Notes: generated by a model from the letters alone, not told the origin. Positions 18,052 through 27,630 are shown, counted from the stretch's first letter. The stretch is 64,000 nucleotides of DNA from a virus (IMGVR_UViG_2534682207_000010:1-64000); one strand, 5' to 3'. Numbers and translations: made by a program.

Positions 18052-20072
18052 GGAAAAAGATATTTGAACCAGATGAAATCCGAAAAACAATACAGGCCTT
18101 AAAAGACTCTGGGGAACTGTTTGAGGTAAGATGCCTTGAGTCAAATGGAAAAAGAGTTAGTAGCGGATATTTTCGTGACACAGAAATGATGCTGGAACAG
18201 CTAAGTAAATTGAGTACATCTGATAGTAACATATATATTATGCTTAACAATATCAAACCAGAATGCTACTCCAGAGAGCAACGCGATAAATTTATTACAA
18301 ATGCAAAAGTTCAAACCAGTGATAATGATATTTGCGGATATGAATGGCTGTTTATTGATGTGGACCCGAAACGTCCTGCGGGAGTGTCAAGTACGGATGA
18401 ACAGTTGAGACAAGCCAAGGGAGTGGGAAATAAGGTTTACGCCTTTATGAAAAATCTTGGGTTTAATAATCCGATAACAGCCATGAGCGGAAATGGAATT
18501 CATCTATTGTACAAGATTAGGCTTCGGAACAGTGAGGAAAATAAGACACTAATTAAAAATTGTCTTTTAGCGCTGGATATGCTTTTTTCGGATGAATTTG
18601 TCGATATTGATAAAACGAATTTTAATCCGGCACGAATTTGTAAGCTGTATGGAACCATGGCCCGCAAAGGAAGTAATACACCGGAGAACCCGCATCGAAT
18701 GAGCCATTTGTTGTCAGAGGGAAGTAGGGAACCGACCGACAGGGCATATCTGGAGAAACTGTCCGCTATGCTTCCGGTACCAGAGAAGCCACAGAAATAC
18801 AATGGTTACAGCCCCAGAGAATTCGACTTGGAGGAATGGCTGATAAAATATGGATTGCGGTATCAAAAGACCAGTTATTCGGACGGAACCAAGTATATTT
18901 TGGAACAATGCCCGTTTGACAGCAACCACAAAGGAAAAGACGCCTGTATTTTCCAGGCGCGGTCAGGGGCAATCGGATTTCATTGCTTTCACAATTCCTG
19001 CCAGGACAAGACCTGGAGGGATGTGAGAATGTTGTTTGAGCCAGATGCCTATGAGAAGTGTCAGCAGGATTATGAGCGGAGGATTTATTCCCGCCAGCCA
19101 GTACAGCAGGCAAAGGTTATACGGCCGATAGATGGAAAACCAGTATTTTATACAGCTCAGGACGTTCTGAACCTGCCAGTACCAGAAGAAAGATTTATCA
19201 AAACCGGAATTGCAGATATAGACAAGAAACTGCGTGGAATGAAAAAAGGTTACGTTTCCGTTATGTCTGGACTGCGGGCCGCCGGAAAGAGTTCTGTGAT
19301 TTCTGAAATGGTTCTGGATGGTGTTGAGTCTGGAAATAATATCGGAGTTTTTTCCGGGGAACTGGCACCAAAGAACTTTATGCGTTGGATGAATTTACAG
19401 GCGGCTGGAAAGGGATACACAGAAACAACTCAGTTTGAAGGGTATTACAACGTACAACGGAAATACCAGGAGCAGATAGCACAATGGTTAGGAGAACACT
19501 TCTGGTTGTATAACAATGAATACGGATTTGACTTTCAGGCAGTAGTTGACCAGTTTAAGAGAAAAATCGAAAAAGATAAACTGGATATGCTGATTCTGGA
19601 CAACCTAATGACCTTTGATATTTCCGGTATGTCAGAAAACAAATTTGAGGCACAGACTAAGTTTATCCTTGCTTTACAGGGTGAGATAGCCAAGCCATAC
19701 AATGTGCATATCATGTTTGTGGCACATCCGAGAAAAGCCATGGGATTCCTCCGGTTGGATGATATTTCAGGAACAGCAGATTTGGGCAACGCTGTAGATA
19801 ACGCTTTTATTGTTCACAGAGTAAATCAGGATTTTAAACGCCTTAGTAAACAGATGTTTGGATGGAAAGATGATAACCAGATTTACCAGGCTACAAACGT
19901 TATAGAGATTGCTAAAGACCGTGATGGCGGTGTGATGGATTACTTTATCCCACTTTATTATGAGCCAGAAACCAAACGCCTGAAAAACTATTCTTCCGAA
20001 AACAAAATATACGGGTGGAATAAGACCGATAATGGCTTCATTGCAGTACATGGGGAAATACCGTTTGATTAA
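18042..20072 (+). CDS. Primase-helicase fusion (AEP-like N-terminus, Zn finger, DnaB/Twinkle-like helicase)
   Basis: IDVD, SGNGIH, NPARICKLYG; CPFDSNH..CFHNSC; GLRAAGKS Walker A, LILDNL, VAHPRK. Confidence 0.8.
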   Translation: MAVGKKIFEPDEIRKTIQALKDSGELFEVRCLESNGKRVSSGYFRDTEMMLEQLSKLSTSDSNIYIMLNNIKPECYSREQRDKFITNAKVQTSDNDICGYEWLFIDVDPKRPAGVSSTDEQLRQAKGVGNKVYAFMKNLGFNNPITAMSGNGIHLLYKIRLRNSEENKTLIKNCLLALDMLFSDEFVDIDKTNFNPARICKLYGTMARKGSNTPENPHRMSHLLSEGSREPTDRAYLEKLSAMLPVPEKPQKYNGYSPREFDLEEWLIKYGLRYQKTSYSDGTKYILEQCPFDSNHKGKDACIFQARSGAIGFHCFHNSCQDKTWRDVRMLFEPDAYEKCQQDYERRIYSRQPVQQAKVIRPIDGKPVFYTAQDVLNLPVPEERFIKTGIADIDKKLRGMKKGYVSVMSGLRAAGKSSVISEMVLDGVESGNNIGVFSGELAPKNFMRWMNLQAAGKGYTETTQFEGYYNVQRKYQEQIAQWLGEHFWLYNNEYGFDFQAVVDQFKRKIEKDKLDMLILDNLMTFDISGMSENKFEAQTKFILALQGEIAKPYNVHIMFVAHPRKAMGFLRLDDISGTADLGNAVDNAFIVHRVNQDFKRLSKQMFGWKDDNQIYQATNVIEIAKDRDGGVMDYFIPLYYEPETKRLKNYSSENKIYGWNKTDNGFIAVHGEIPFD

Positions 20073-20137
20073 ACACACATTTTGAAAAATATGAAAGGAG
20101 TCGACCTCCGGCCGGAGAAAAGCTATAGCGGGTCCTT

Positions 20138-21769
20138 TTGAAAATGAGAGATTTGATTATTGACTGTTTCGCTGGTGGCGGAGGGGCAAGCGTAGGAATA
20201 GAGATGGCACTGGGGCGACCGGTTGATATTGCAATCAACCATGACCCGCAGGCGATTCGGATGCACAAGGTTAATCACCCGGATACGCTGCATTTGTCAG
20301 AGGATATATTCAAGGTTGACCTGCAAAAGTATGTAAGAGGACGGCATGTGGCGCTTATGTGGGCGAGTCCAGACTGCACCAGTCACAGCAAAGCGAAAGG
20401 AGGACAGCCAAGGAAAAAAGGACTGAGAATCCTACCGTGGGCGGTGTACAAGCACACCAAAGCAATTCTTCCAGATGTAATTATCATGGAGAATGTGGAG
20501 GAAATACAGCAATGGGGGCCGTTGGACAAGACAGGCCATCCGATACCAGAGCGAAAAGGAGAGGATTACAAAAAATTCATTACCGCGATGAAGTCTCTCG
20601 GATATGACTTTGACAGCCGAGAGTTGGTGGCGGCAGATTATGGAGCACCTACTACGAGGAAGCGCTGGTATGCAATCTTCCGGCGAGACGGTAAGCCGAT
20701 TATCTGGCCGGAGCCGACACATAGTAAGAAGGGCACAGACGGATTGAAGAAGTGGGAGCCTATCTGGAAGTATTTGGACTTGTCGGATATGGGGAAATCT
20801 ATTTTCAACAGAAAGAAGCCACTGGCGGAAAAGACCATGAATCGGATTGCACGGGGAATGGAGAAGTTTGTGTTTAATTGCCCGGAACCATTTATTGTAC
20901 AGGTTAATCATGGTGGAGACAATTTCCGTGGTCAGAATATTCACGAGCCAATGCCAACGATTACAGGGAAACATGGATTTGGAGTGGTAACACCATATAT
21001 CATGCAGATAGGGCAAACAGGATTTTGTGCCGATAGAAACCGTAGCATGGAAGAACCCATGAGTACAGTAGTTACAAAGAATGAGCATTGCTTAATCAGT
21101 CCTATTCTTATCCAGTATCATTCCGAAACTACCAAGAGCGGAGTGAGAGGGCAATCACTGGTGGAGCCAATCCAGACAATAGATACAAGTAACCGTTACG
21201 GGCTGGTTATGGCATTCTTGACAAAGTTTTATAAGTCAGGTTCTGGACAGTCTCTGGCAGAGCCGATACATACGATTACCACCTCTCCGGGACACTTCGG
21301 ACAGGTCAGTGTGCTGGCGATACCGAAAGAAGAACTGCTTTCCAACGTTGGGAACGAAGCAGACGAGATAATTCAGAAATGCACCTGGGTGTCGCAATTT
21401 ATCATGGAGTATTACGGCTGTGGTATTGGTCAGAGCATAAATGGCCCTCTTCACACGATTGTGACGAAAGATAGATTTGCGTTGGTTACAGTGCTGGGGA
21501 ACGAATATGCCATCATGGATATCTTCCTGCGGATGTTAAAGCCAAAGGAGTTAATGCTGGGGCAGGGATTTCCTCCAGATTATATTCTTGACCGGGATAT
21601 TGACCGGAAACCATATCCTATAAGCGAACAGGTTGCACGCATCGGAAATAGTGTGGTGCCAATTATGGCACAGGTGCTGGTGCAGGCAAATTGTCCGTAT
21701 CTCAAAGTGGGTGAGCGGATGCCAAATATGAGAATTGATGATAGTGAAATACAGCTAAAGTTTGCATAA
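20138..21769 (+). CDS. DNA (cytosine-5) methyltransferase
   Basis: DCFAGGGG, WASPDC, IMENVEE, TTRKRW, GNSV motifs. Confidence 0.95.
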   Translation: MKMRDLIIDCFAGGGGASVGIEMALGRPVDIAINHDPQAIRMHKVNHPDTLHLSEDIFKVDLQKYVRGRHVALMWASPDCTSHSKAKGGQPRKKGLRILPWAVYKHTKAILPDVIIMENVEEIQQWGPLDKTGHPIPERKGEDYKKFITAMKSLGYDFDSRELVAADYGAPTTRKRWYAIFRRDGKPIIWPEPTHSKKGTDGLKKWEPIWKYLDLSDMGKSIFNRKKPLAEKTMNRIARGMEKFVFNCPEPFIVQVNHGGDNFRGQNIHEPMPTITGKHGFGVVTPYIMQIGQTGFCADRNRSMEEPMSTVVTKNEHCLISPILIQYHSETTKSGVRGQSLVEPIQTIDTSNRYGLVMAFLTKFYKSGSGQSLAEPIHTITTSPGHFGQVSVLAIPKEELLSNVGNEADEIIQKCTWVSQFIMEYYGCGIGQSINGPLHTIVTKDRFALVTVLGNEYAIMDIFLRMLKPKELMLGQGFPPDYILDRDIDRKPYPISEQVARIGNSVVPIMAQVLVQANCPYLKVGERMPNMRIDDSEIQLKFA

Positions 21770-21797
21770 CAAAATTAACATTTAGCGGAGGTAAGAG

Positions 21798-21980
21798 ATG
21801 TTTTTATTGGAGAGAAAAGAAAGCTATGCAATGCCAAATATTTTAGGAAATTGCTCACAACCGGTATATACATATCGCTGGAAAGCGATAGCGAAAAGTG
21901 AGACAGAGCGGCCACTATTAGATATGATTAAGGATATGGATGTTACAACGCACAGAATAGTATCTAATCAACCGGATTAA
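21798..21980 (+). CDS. Cassette-like hypothetical protein
   Basis: ORF between motif copies; stop inside the motif. Confidence 0.6.
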   Translation: MFLLERKESYAMPNILGNCSQPVYTYRWKAIAKSETERPLLDMIKDMDVTTHRIVSNQPD

Positions 21981-21995
21981 AATTTGGAGGATAGG

Positions 21996-22688
21996 ATGGA
22001 TTTCGGATATTACAACATGGATTGTATGGACGGGATGGAGCAGTTTCCGGATAAGTATTTTGACCTTGCGATTGTTGATCCGCCCTACTTCTCTGGCCCA
22101 GAACGCAGGAGATATTACGGAAGGAAAGTAAGCCCCATAGGCGTGCAGCGTTTTTATGAGCCTTCAGAAAACTGGGATGTACCCGGAGATGAATATTTCA
22201 CGGAATTGGAACGGGTATCTAAGCATCAGATCGTATGGGGCTGTAATTATTTTAACTGGCATTTTCTGCCTGGCAGAATCATATGGGACAAATGCAATGG
22301 GAAAAGTAGTTTCTCAGATTGCGAGATTGCCTCCTGCACTTTACATGATTCAGTGCGCTTGTTCCGGTATATGTGGAATGGAATGATGCAGGGGAAATCC
22401 ATGGAAGAAGGATGGATACAGCAAGGCAATAAGAAACTCAATGAGAAGCGGATCCACCCAACGCAGAAACCGATTAACCTCTACCGCTGGTTGATTCAGA
22501 AGTATGTACAGCCTGGGTGGAAGGTAATAGACACGCACGTAGGAAGTGCAAGCAGCCTGATAGCATTTGAGGAGGCCAAACTACCATATGTGGGATTTGA
22601 GATTGATCCTAATCGGTATAAGTTGTCGAAACAGAGGCTTGAAGTGCATAGGGCGCAGTTAGCGTTGCATTATTTTGGGATATATTAA
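21996..22688 (+). CDS. N6/N4 DNA methyltransferase (beta class)
   Basis: IVDPPY, HPTQKP, DTHVGSAS motifs; RBS favours ATG 21996. Confidence 0.9.
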   Translation: MDFGYYNMDCMDGMEQFPDKYFDLAIVDPPYFSGPERRRYYGRKVSPIGVQRFYEPSENWDVPGDEYFTELERVSKHQIVWGCNYFNWHFLPGRIIWDKCNGKSSFSDCEIASCTLHDSVRLFRYMWNGMMQGKSMEEGWIQQGNKKLNEKRIHPTQKPINLYRWLIQKYVQPGWKVIDTHVGSASSLIAFEEAKLPYVGFEIDPNRYKLSKQRLEVHRAQLALHYFGIY

Positions 22689-22721
22689 CATTTTTCGGGA
22701 GAACTGAAGGAAGGAAAAGAT

Positions 22722-23006
22722 ATGAAGGTATCAAAAGAAATAGCAGAAAAGGCTGCTGAATACGAAGCGTTAAAAGAAAAATCAGATAAACTGTTCGAAG
22801 AATTGCAAAAGTGGTTTTCGGAGAATGCGGATATGGATGATTGCTATTTATATGGATTCGGGGTGGCACAGGAAGCAGACGGTGAGGAGCAGGAGGAAGG
22901 GGAATACTGTAACCAATACCAGCGCGGTGAAGATTCGTTCGATGGAACATATTATTGGGCGGTTGAGGATAGCACACAATATGTATGGGTTAATTATTCA
23001 ATTTAA
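22722..23006 (+). CDS. Cassette-like acidic hypothetical protein
   Basis: 94 aa; stop inside the motif. Confidence 0.75.
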   Translation: MKVSKEIAEKAAEYEALKEKSDKLFEELQKWFSENADMDDCYLYGFGVAQEADGEEQEEGEYCNQYQRGEDSFDGTYYWAVEDSTQYVWVNYSI

Positions 23007-23098
23007 GATTTGCTTAACATGAGCGTGTTTTACAGGTTTTACATGTTTTTGTCAACTAAATTAAAATTTTCCGGGAGAACCGGAGGAAGGAGAACATT

Positions 23099-23368
23099 AT
23101 GAATGATTTAACGTTAGTGTTACCGATAGCCATTGGTGGGAGAATATGGGATATTGATTTTCCAGAGCGTCCCGCCCTAGTTATGGGGTATCGAATTGGA
23201 AGAATGATGGGAGAAGATGATGCGGATTACGAGGAAAGCTATGAAGATGGAGAGTTATACATCCAATATACAATAGGGGGAGTAGAAGGTTCTTCGCCTG
23301 TGTCAAGTATAGGAGAATCCCTCTTTCTGACAAAGGATGAATTGATACAGGCTGTTTCACAAAACTGA
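23099..23368 (+). CDS. Cassette-like hypothetical protein
   Basis: 89 aa ending SQN*, stop inside the motif. Confidence 0.75.
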   Translation: MNDLTLVLPIAIGGRIWDIDFPERPALVMGYRIGRMMGEDDADYEESYEDGELYIQYTIGGVEGSSPVSSIGESLFLTKDELIQAVSQN

Positions 23369-23401
23369 CATTTAACTCATTAAGAGAGAAAGAGAAACGA
23401 T

Positions 23402-23539
23402 ATGGAAGAATTAATTAAGGCGTTACAAAGATTTGACAGTTTGGAGACAGTTATTGCCGAATTAAAAGCTTATGATAGACAAGACGGCATCGAAGAATTA
23501 GTTGAATATCTTAACGATGAAGCTGATTACTTACGCTAA
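23402..23539 (+). CDS. Cassette-like 45-aa protein
   Basis: Manual translation MEELIKALQRFDSLE.. Confidence 0.55.
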   Translation: MEELIKALQRFDSLETVIAELKAYDRQDGIEELVEYLNDEADYLR

Positions 23540-23580
23540 CGAATAGAAATTAACAATTTATACAAGAAAGGCAGTGCAGT

Positions 23581-23727
23581 ATGCGTGGTGATAAAAGCAG
23601 TGTATATATCCTTGAGGGTAAGGAACTGAATGCAGACGAACTTATTATGGAATTAGCGGAGCGAGGAAAAATATTCTTAAATTTTGACAAGGATATATCA
23701 AAATTTGGCGTAGAGGTAACTCTTTAA
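23581..23727 (+). CDS. Cassette-like 48-aa protein
   Basis: Manual translation MRGDKSSVYILEGKELNAD.. Confidence 0.55.
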   Translation: MRGDKSSVYILEGKELNADELIMELAERGKIFLNFDKDISKFGVEVTL

Positions 23728-23756
23728 AATTAGCATTTTCAGGAAGAAGGTATCAG

Positions 23757-23921
23757 ATGGATTTTTATAACTGTCCTTATGTTGTAGTTATTCCGTTTCG
23801 CAATAGAAATGAGTATGATGAGGATTACAGATGTGAGGTAACAGGGAAGTACTGTCAATGTTGCCAGTGTAAATTGACACCAGAAGAGTGTGAACAGTTG
23901 ATTCAAAAACAGAAAAATTAA
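23757..23921 (+). CDS. Cassette-like Cys-rich protein, paralogue of 14195-14383
   Basis: MDFYNCPYVVVIPFRNRNEYDEDYRCEVTGKYCQCCQCKLTPEECEQLIQKQKN; 36/48 identical to the 14.2 kb copy. Confidence 0.8.
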   Translation: MDFYNCPYVVVIPFRNRNEYDEDYRCEVTGKYCQCCQCKLTPEECEQLIQKQKN

Positions 23922-23944
23922 CATTTAAGGAAAGAAGGCGCGTT

Positions 23945-24229
23945 ATGAGATTAATTGATGCTGACGCTTTTAATAAGCAGGTGGCGGCTATGACGATAAA
24001 GGAAAATTACCCAGTAGAAAAAGCCAATGCAATGATGAAGTTGATTGATATGCAGCCAACGGCGTTAGATATGGCTGATATTCTGGCACAATTAGAAAAA
24101 CGTATTAATACACAGTTACAAATTATTACTGGACTGAATGACCCGGTGTATGAGTACGGTTTTACTAAAAGCTTGGAAGCATATCAACAATGCCGCTTGA
24201 TTTTGGAGGACGCTATTCACGAAAACTGA
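23945..24229 (+). CDS. Cassette-like MRLIDAD-family phage protein
   Basis: N-terminal MRLIDAD; ends HEN* in the motif. Confidence 0.75.
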   Translation: MRLIDADAFNKQVAAMTIKENYPVEKANAMMKLIDMQPTALDMADILAQLEKRINTQLQIITGLNDPVYEYGFTKSLEAYQQCRLILEDAIHEN

Positions 24230-24273
24230 CATTTTATGGAGGTGTAAGATGCTAACATTTAGGAGAAGAGAAG

Positions 24274-24426
24274 ATGAATCATAAAGTGGAAAATATTTCA
24301 AAGCTGATTGTAGGAGAAAGAAGTATAGAAACATCCGTGAGCAAAGTATCAAAAGAGACAGGTGCAGTGCTCACGGAGTTAGTAATGAAAAGCGATAAAG
24401 AAAAAATTACTTTTCAAGTACGGTAA
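24274..24426 (+). CDS. Small hypothetical protein
   Basis: Manual translation MNHKVENISKLIVG..; RBS aggag. Confidence 0.45.
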   Translation: MNHKVENISKLIVGERSIETSVSKVSKETGAVLTELVMKSDKEKITFQVR

Positions 24427-24649
24427 AGTTGCCGTTTCCGTCATCCTTTAGTTCACGGTTTGTTTTGATGATAATTTTATCAGCATATTCAATCATTTCA
24501 ATAACAAACCCATTGGGATAAGTGGAACGGTGGTGAATACAGTCGGCAGTATGCCGCAGAGTTTCCTGCTGAATCTCCGAAAAATTATTACAAAATCCTT
24601 TTGTATCAATATTATTTTTAGATCCAGCGGTAAATGTGTATTCATACAT
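24407..24649 (-). CDS. Antisense moron, 80 aa
   Basis: MYEYTFTAGSKNNIDT..; strong RBS aaaggagg on the minus strand. Confidence 0.65.
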   Translation of the reverse strand: MYEYTFTAGSKNNIDTKGFCNNFSEIQQETLRHTADCIHHRSTYPNGFVIEMIEYADKIIIKTNRELKDDGNGNFTVLEK

Positions 24650-24819
24650 ATAACCAGCCTCCTTTCTATATGTACTCAGCTCCGGGCAGGGAGCCTGTAC
24701 CCAAAGTATAGGGGCAAAAACATTAAAAATCAATAAGGAGAAAACTGAAATAAGCCAAAAAGCGATAAGGTTAATCGCAAAAAACAGAACAAATAGAACA
24801 ATGGAAGGAGCGTATACAT

Positions 24820-25005
24820 ATGAAGGTTGGAGAGTATTTGAAAGAGCAGCGGGAACAGCAGGGCTTGTCCAATGCAAAGCTGGCGAAAGCAGCTGGAGTG
24901 TCAAAGCGCTCCCTTATCTATTGGGAGCAGGGTAGGGATATGAGCGTGGAGGTGGCCGATAAAGTACTTAAGGCCCTGGGCGCGACCTGTAAAATAGGTG
25001 CATGA
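24820..25005 (+). CDS. XRE-family HTH protein
   Basis: LSNAKLAKAAGVSKRSLIYWEQG. Confidence 0.85.
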   Translation: MKVGEYLKEQREQQGLSNAKLAKAAGVSKRSLIYWEQGRDMSVEVADKVLKALGATCKIGA

Positions 25006-25039
25006 TTGTGCACCAAAACTGATATTTTGGAGGATGCGA

Positions 25040-25207
25040 ATGTATCAATATTATATATCGGCGGCAACCAATGTTGGTTATGTATCTTTTGTGTATAAAC
25101 TTGATTTTAAGATGGATTCGGTAGAAAACATAAAAAAGGTATATGATATGTTGGAAGAAAGCGGAATAACAAATCCGACTATATTGTTCTTTAATCAATT
25201 AAACTGA
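25040..25207 (+). CDS. Cassette-like hypothetical protein
   Basis: MYQYYISAA..QLN*; motif then ggagg upstream. Confidence 0.6.
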   Translation: MYQYYISAATNVGYVSFVYKLDFKMDSVENIKKVYDMLEESGITNPTILFFNQLN

Positions 25208-25231
25208 AAATTAATATTTGGAGGATGGAAC

Positions 25232-25474
25232 ATGATTGAAAGGAAAAGGGAAATCTCTATCGTAAAAGACCGTGAGTTTTTGTCAGCGGAAAATGACGCA
25301 TACAATGCCCTCGTTGCTAAAGGGTATACTCCGCAAGGTGCCGATACGGGATTTAAGACAGTCTGCGTGATGCTGTTTGAGCATCCAGAATATGCAGAGA
25401 ATCCAGCCAAACGAGGCAAATGTAAAGTATATCATTTTAAAAATTGGCAAGAAGCCTTAGCGCAACTAAACTGA
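25232..25474 (+). CDS. Cassette-like hypothetical protein
   Basis: 80 aa ending QLN* in the motif. Confidence 0.7.
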   Translation: MIERKREISIVKDREFLSAENDAYNALVAKGYTPQGADTGFKTVCVMLFEHPEYAENPAKRGKCKVYHFKNWQEALAQLN

Positions 25475-25495
25475 CATTTACAGGAGGAATAAGCC

Positions 25496-25849
25496 ATGGA
25501 TAAAAAGACGATAGTATTTGATTTTGATGGAGTGATACATAGTTACACAAGCGGGTGGCAGGGTATATCAGTTATACCAGACCCGGTTGTGCCAGAGATA
25601 CAGGCAGCAATCAATTACTTACGCATGGAAGGGTACGAGGTAATTGTGGTATCTACCAGATGTGCAAGGCCAGAGGGTATGGGAGCGGTTAGGCGCTATT
25701 TGAGAGATAACCATATTGTGGTTGATGATGTAGTTGCACACAAGCCGCCTGCAATCTGCTATATAGACGATAGAGCAATATGCTTTGACGGAGACGCATT
25801 AGGACTAATTGGGAAGATTAGGGCTTTTAAACCCTGGAATCAAAATTAA
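25496..25849 (+). CDS. HAD-superfamily phosphatase-like protein
   Basis: VFDFDGV, VSTR, YIDDRA motifs. Confidence 0.8.
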   Translation: MDKKTIVFDFDGVIHSYTSGWQGISVIPDPVVPEIQAAINYLRMEGYEVIVVSTRCARPEGMGAVRRYLRDNHIVVDDVVAHKPPAICYIDDRAICFDGDALGLIGKIRAFKPWNQN

Positions 25850-25879
25850 TATTTCCGAGAGAACCGGAGGAAGGAAAAG

Positions 25880-26113
25880 ATGAAAGTTGTCAAAAAGAAG
25901 ATACTGCCTGAATACTTTCGGGTGGTGCGAGCAAGAAAGAAGAATTTTGAAATCCGGGTGGATGAAGATAATGTCCAGGTTGGAGATTTGCTTATTTTGG
26001 AAGAGTGGGATGGGTTTTATACGGGAAACAGTGTAAGGCGGCATGTTAAATATGTTTTGCGGGACGCCCCATCACTTGGTTTAAAGCCAGGGTATTGTAT
26101 CATAAGTTGGTAA
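25880..26113 (+). CDS. ASCH/DUF3850-domain protein
   Basis: KKILPEYF..KKNFEIR..VGDLLILEEW..GYCIISW. Confidence 0.8.
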   Translation: MKVVKKKILPEYFRVVRARKKNFEIRVDEDNVQVGDLLILEEWDGFYTGNSVRRHVKYVLRDAPSLGLKPGYCIISW

Positions 26114-26150
26114 AGTTAAGATTTGGCCGCTGAGTGCCAGAAAGGAAGAT

Positions 26151-26420
26151 ATGATGAAATTAGTAGATACTGTAAACGGAATGAACAGTGCAGATTACAA
26201 AGAGAGATTTATTGCAGAGTATCAGCAGCTAGTTATCAGATACAGAGGGCTGACAAGTATGCTCTATAAATGGGACAGGGGAATAGACCTTGGGTTTGTT
26301 CCTACTTGCCCTAGAAGCACATACAATATGCAGGTAAAAGCAATGACAGATTATATCGCGGTCCTTGAAGCCAGAGCAGTGATGGAAGGTATTGAACTGG
26401 ATTTGAGTACTGTTCTTTGA
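26151..26420 (+). CDS. crAss001_48-like helical hairpin protein
   Basis: YKERFIAEYQQL..R..L..ML..PTCP..Q..AM..Y..LEARA..EGI pattern, recognised from memory. Confidence 0.7.
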   Translation: MMKLVDTVNGMNSADYKERFIAEYQQLVIRYRGLTSMLYKWDRGIDLGFVPTCPRSTYNMQVKAMTDYIAVLEARAVMEGIELDLSTVL

Positions 26421-26491
26421 GACTAAGCTGATATCAGCAGTATTAACATTTGGAGGGATATTTGAATCCGCACTTGAGGGAGGAAAGGAAC

Positions 26492-26737
26492 ATGAAACCA
26501 GAAGAGGCTATTGATATTATTAAGCGTATGTACAAAGGAACACCTACAACGGAACAGTATGAAGCCTTAGAAGCAGCGTATGAGGCACTGGGAAAGCAGA
26601 TACCCAAAAAAACTCCTAGAATTTATGGGGCAATGGGTGAAAAATATGAATGTCCTGAATGTGGTAGCGGGTTGAGAGATACAGATTTGTTTACAGGGCA
26701 TTGTAAATGGTGTGGTCAGGCAATTAAACAATATTAA
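26492..26737 (+). CDS. Zn-ribbon phage protein
   Basis: ALGKQIPKK..CPECG..CKWCGQ. Confidence 0.75.
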   Translation: MKPEEAIDIIKRMYKGTPTTEQYEALEAAYEALGKQIPKKTPRIYGAMGEKYECPECGSGLRDTDLFTGHCKWCGQAIKQY

Positions 26738-26755
26738 TATTTTGCGGAGGTGTGT

Positions 26756-26908
26756 ATGGATAAAGATTTTTCAAAAGGGTTTATGTATGATGTTGCAGAT
26801 TTGTTGGAATATTGTGCAGAAAATAATACAGATAATGTCGATTTGATTTTTACGTTTGGGGATAAGGAACTGAATGTAAATGTCACATTTTCAATTAAAC
26901 AAAACTGA
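26756..26908 (+). CDS. Cassette-like 50-aa protein
   Basis: Manual translation MDKDFSKGFMYDVADLLEYC..KQN*, stop in the motif. Confidence 0.65.
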   Translation: MDKDFSKGFMYDVADLLEYCAENNTDNVDLIFTFGDKELNVNVTFSIKQN

Positions 26909-26936
26909 TATTTGTGATACGAAGGGAGGTACCTGA

Positions 26937-27158
26937 TTGAGAAAGAAAGCAGACAGTAAGCAGGCTAAGGTCAGTCGTATCGACCGCAGCAAGGCGCTGG
27001 CCGCCCAGGCTGACGAGGCCATCAAGGAGCGCATCCGAACGGCGCCGCCGTACATGTATACCAGCCTGTGCCCGGTTCCGGGATTGCGCCGGCTGCCGAA
27101 GGGAGTGATACGGTATTATGAGACAGTGTTACATAGACAACGGGCGCCGCGGGTGTGA
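26937..27158 (+). CDS. Hypothetical protein
   Basis: TTG start after ggaggt; GC-richer. Confidence 0.5.
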   Translation: MRKKADSKQAKVSRIDRSKALAAQADEAIKERIRTAPPYMYTSLCPVPGLRRLPKGVIRYYETVLHRQRAPRV

Positions 27159-27225
27159 TGGCCAGCGGACCAATAAGGGCCGGATACGGTACGGGTGCTG
27201 GGCGTGCAAATAAAGGCGGTGGAAT

Positions 27226-27630
27226 ATGAGCGAAGAACAACTTAAGAGGTACTGGCAGGCTTATACAGATGCATGGATGCTGATGAAAAACTGGAAAAAA
27301 GTCACGAAGGAGCATATAGAAGAAATGCTATCGAAGCATGACATCGGAGTCATGAGACGGCTGTTTTGCCTAGCTGTTTGGCAAGAAATAAAGAGAGTCA
27401 AGGCAGGTGGTGAGCCATTATTGGAAAAGAATTACCATAGGGCATTTACATATACATGGAAACTGTTTAAGCAGTATAGTGAACCCAATGATTCTGATGA
27501 ATACTGGGATAGTCTTATAGATGGAATAAAAGATTTGGGAAAGAAATTTGGAGAAAGTCAATTCATAAAAAATCTATTAATTCATGTTACTTTGGAAGAG
27601 ATAGAACGTATTTATAGAGAAAAAATTTGA
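27226..27630 (+). CDS. Hypothetical protein with internal duplication (Y..AYTDAW / YHRAFTYTW)
   Basis: 134 aa; RBS ggtgg. Confidence 0.7.
   Translation: MSEEQLKRYWQAYTDAWMLMKNWKKVTKEHIEEMLSKHDIGVMRRLFCLAVWQEIKRVKAGGEPLLEKNYHRAFTYTWKLFKQYSEPNDSDEYWDSLIDGIKDLGKKFGESQFIKNLLIHVTLEEIERIYREKI

Larger units (their letters stand above)
21772..26913 (+). repeat. Array of ~19 copies of the 12-bp junction motif AAAYTRAYATTT between small genes
   Basis: Copies at 21772, 21974, 22682, 23000, 23058, 23362, 23547, 23727, 23915, 24223, 24249, 25016, 25201/25208, 25468, 25843, 26113, 26440, 26731, 26902. Confidence 0.85.

Noticed and set aside
21772-26913. CRISPR array interpretation of the repeated junction motif
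   Set aside because: The repeat is only 12 bp and degenerate, spacers range from tens to ~700 bp and contain whole genes, and there are no cas genes
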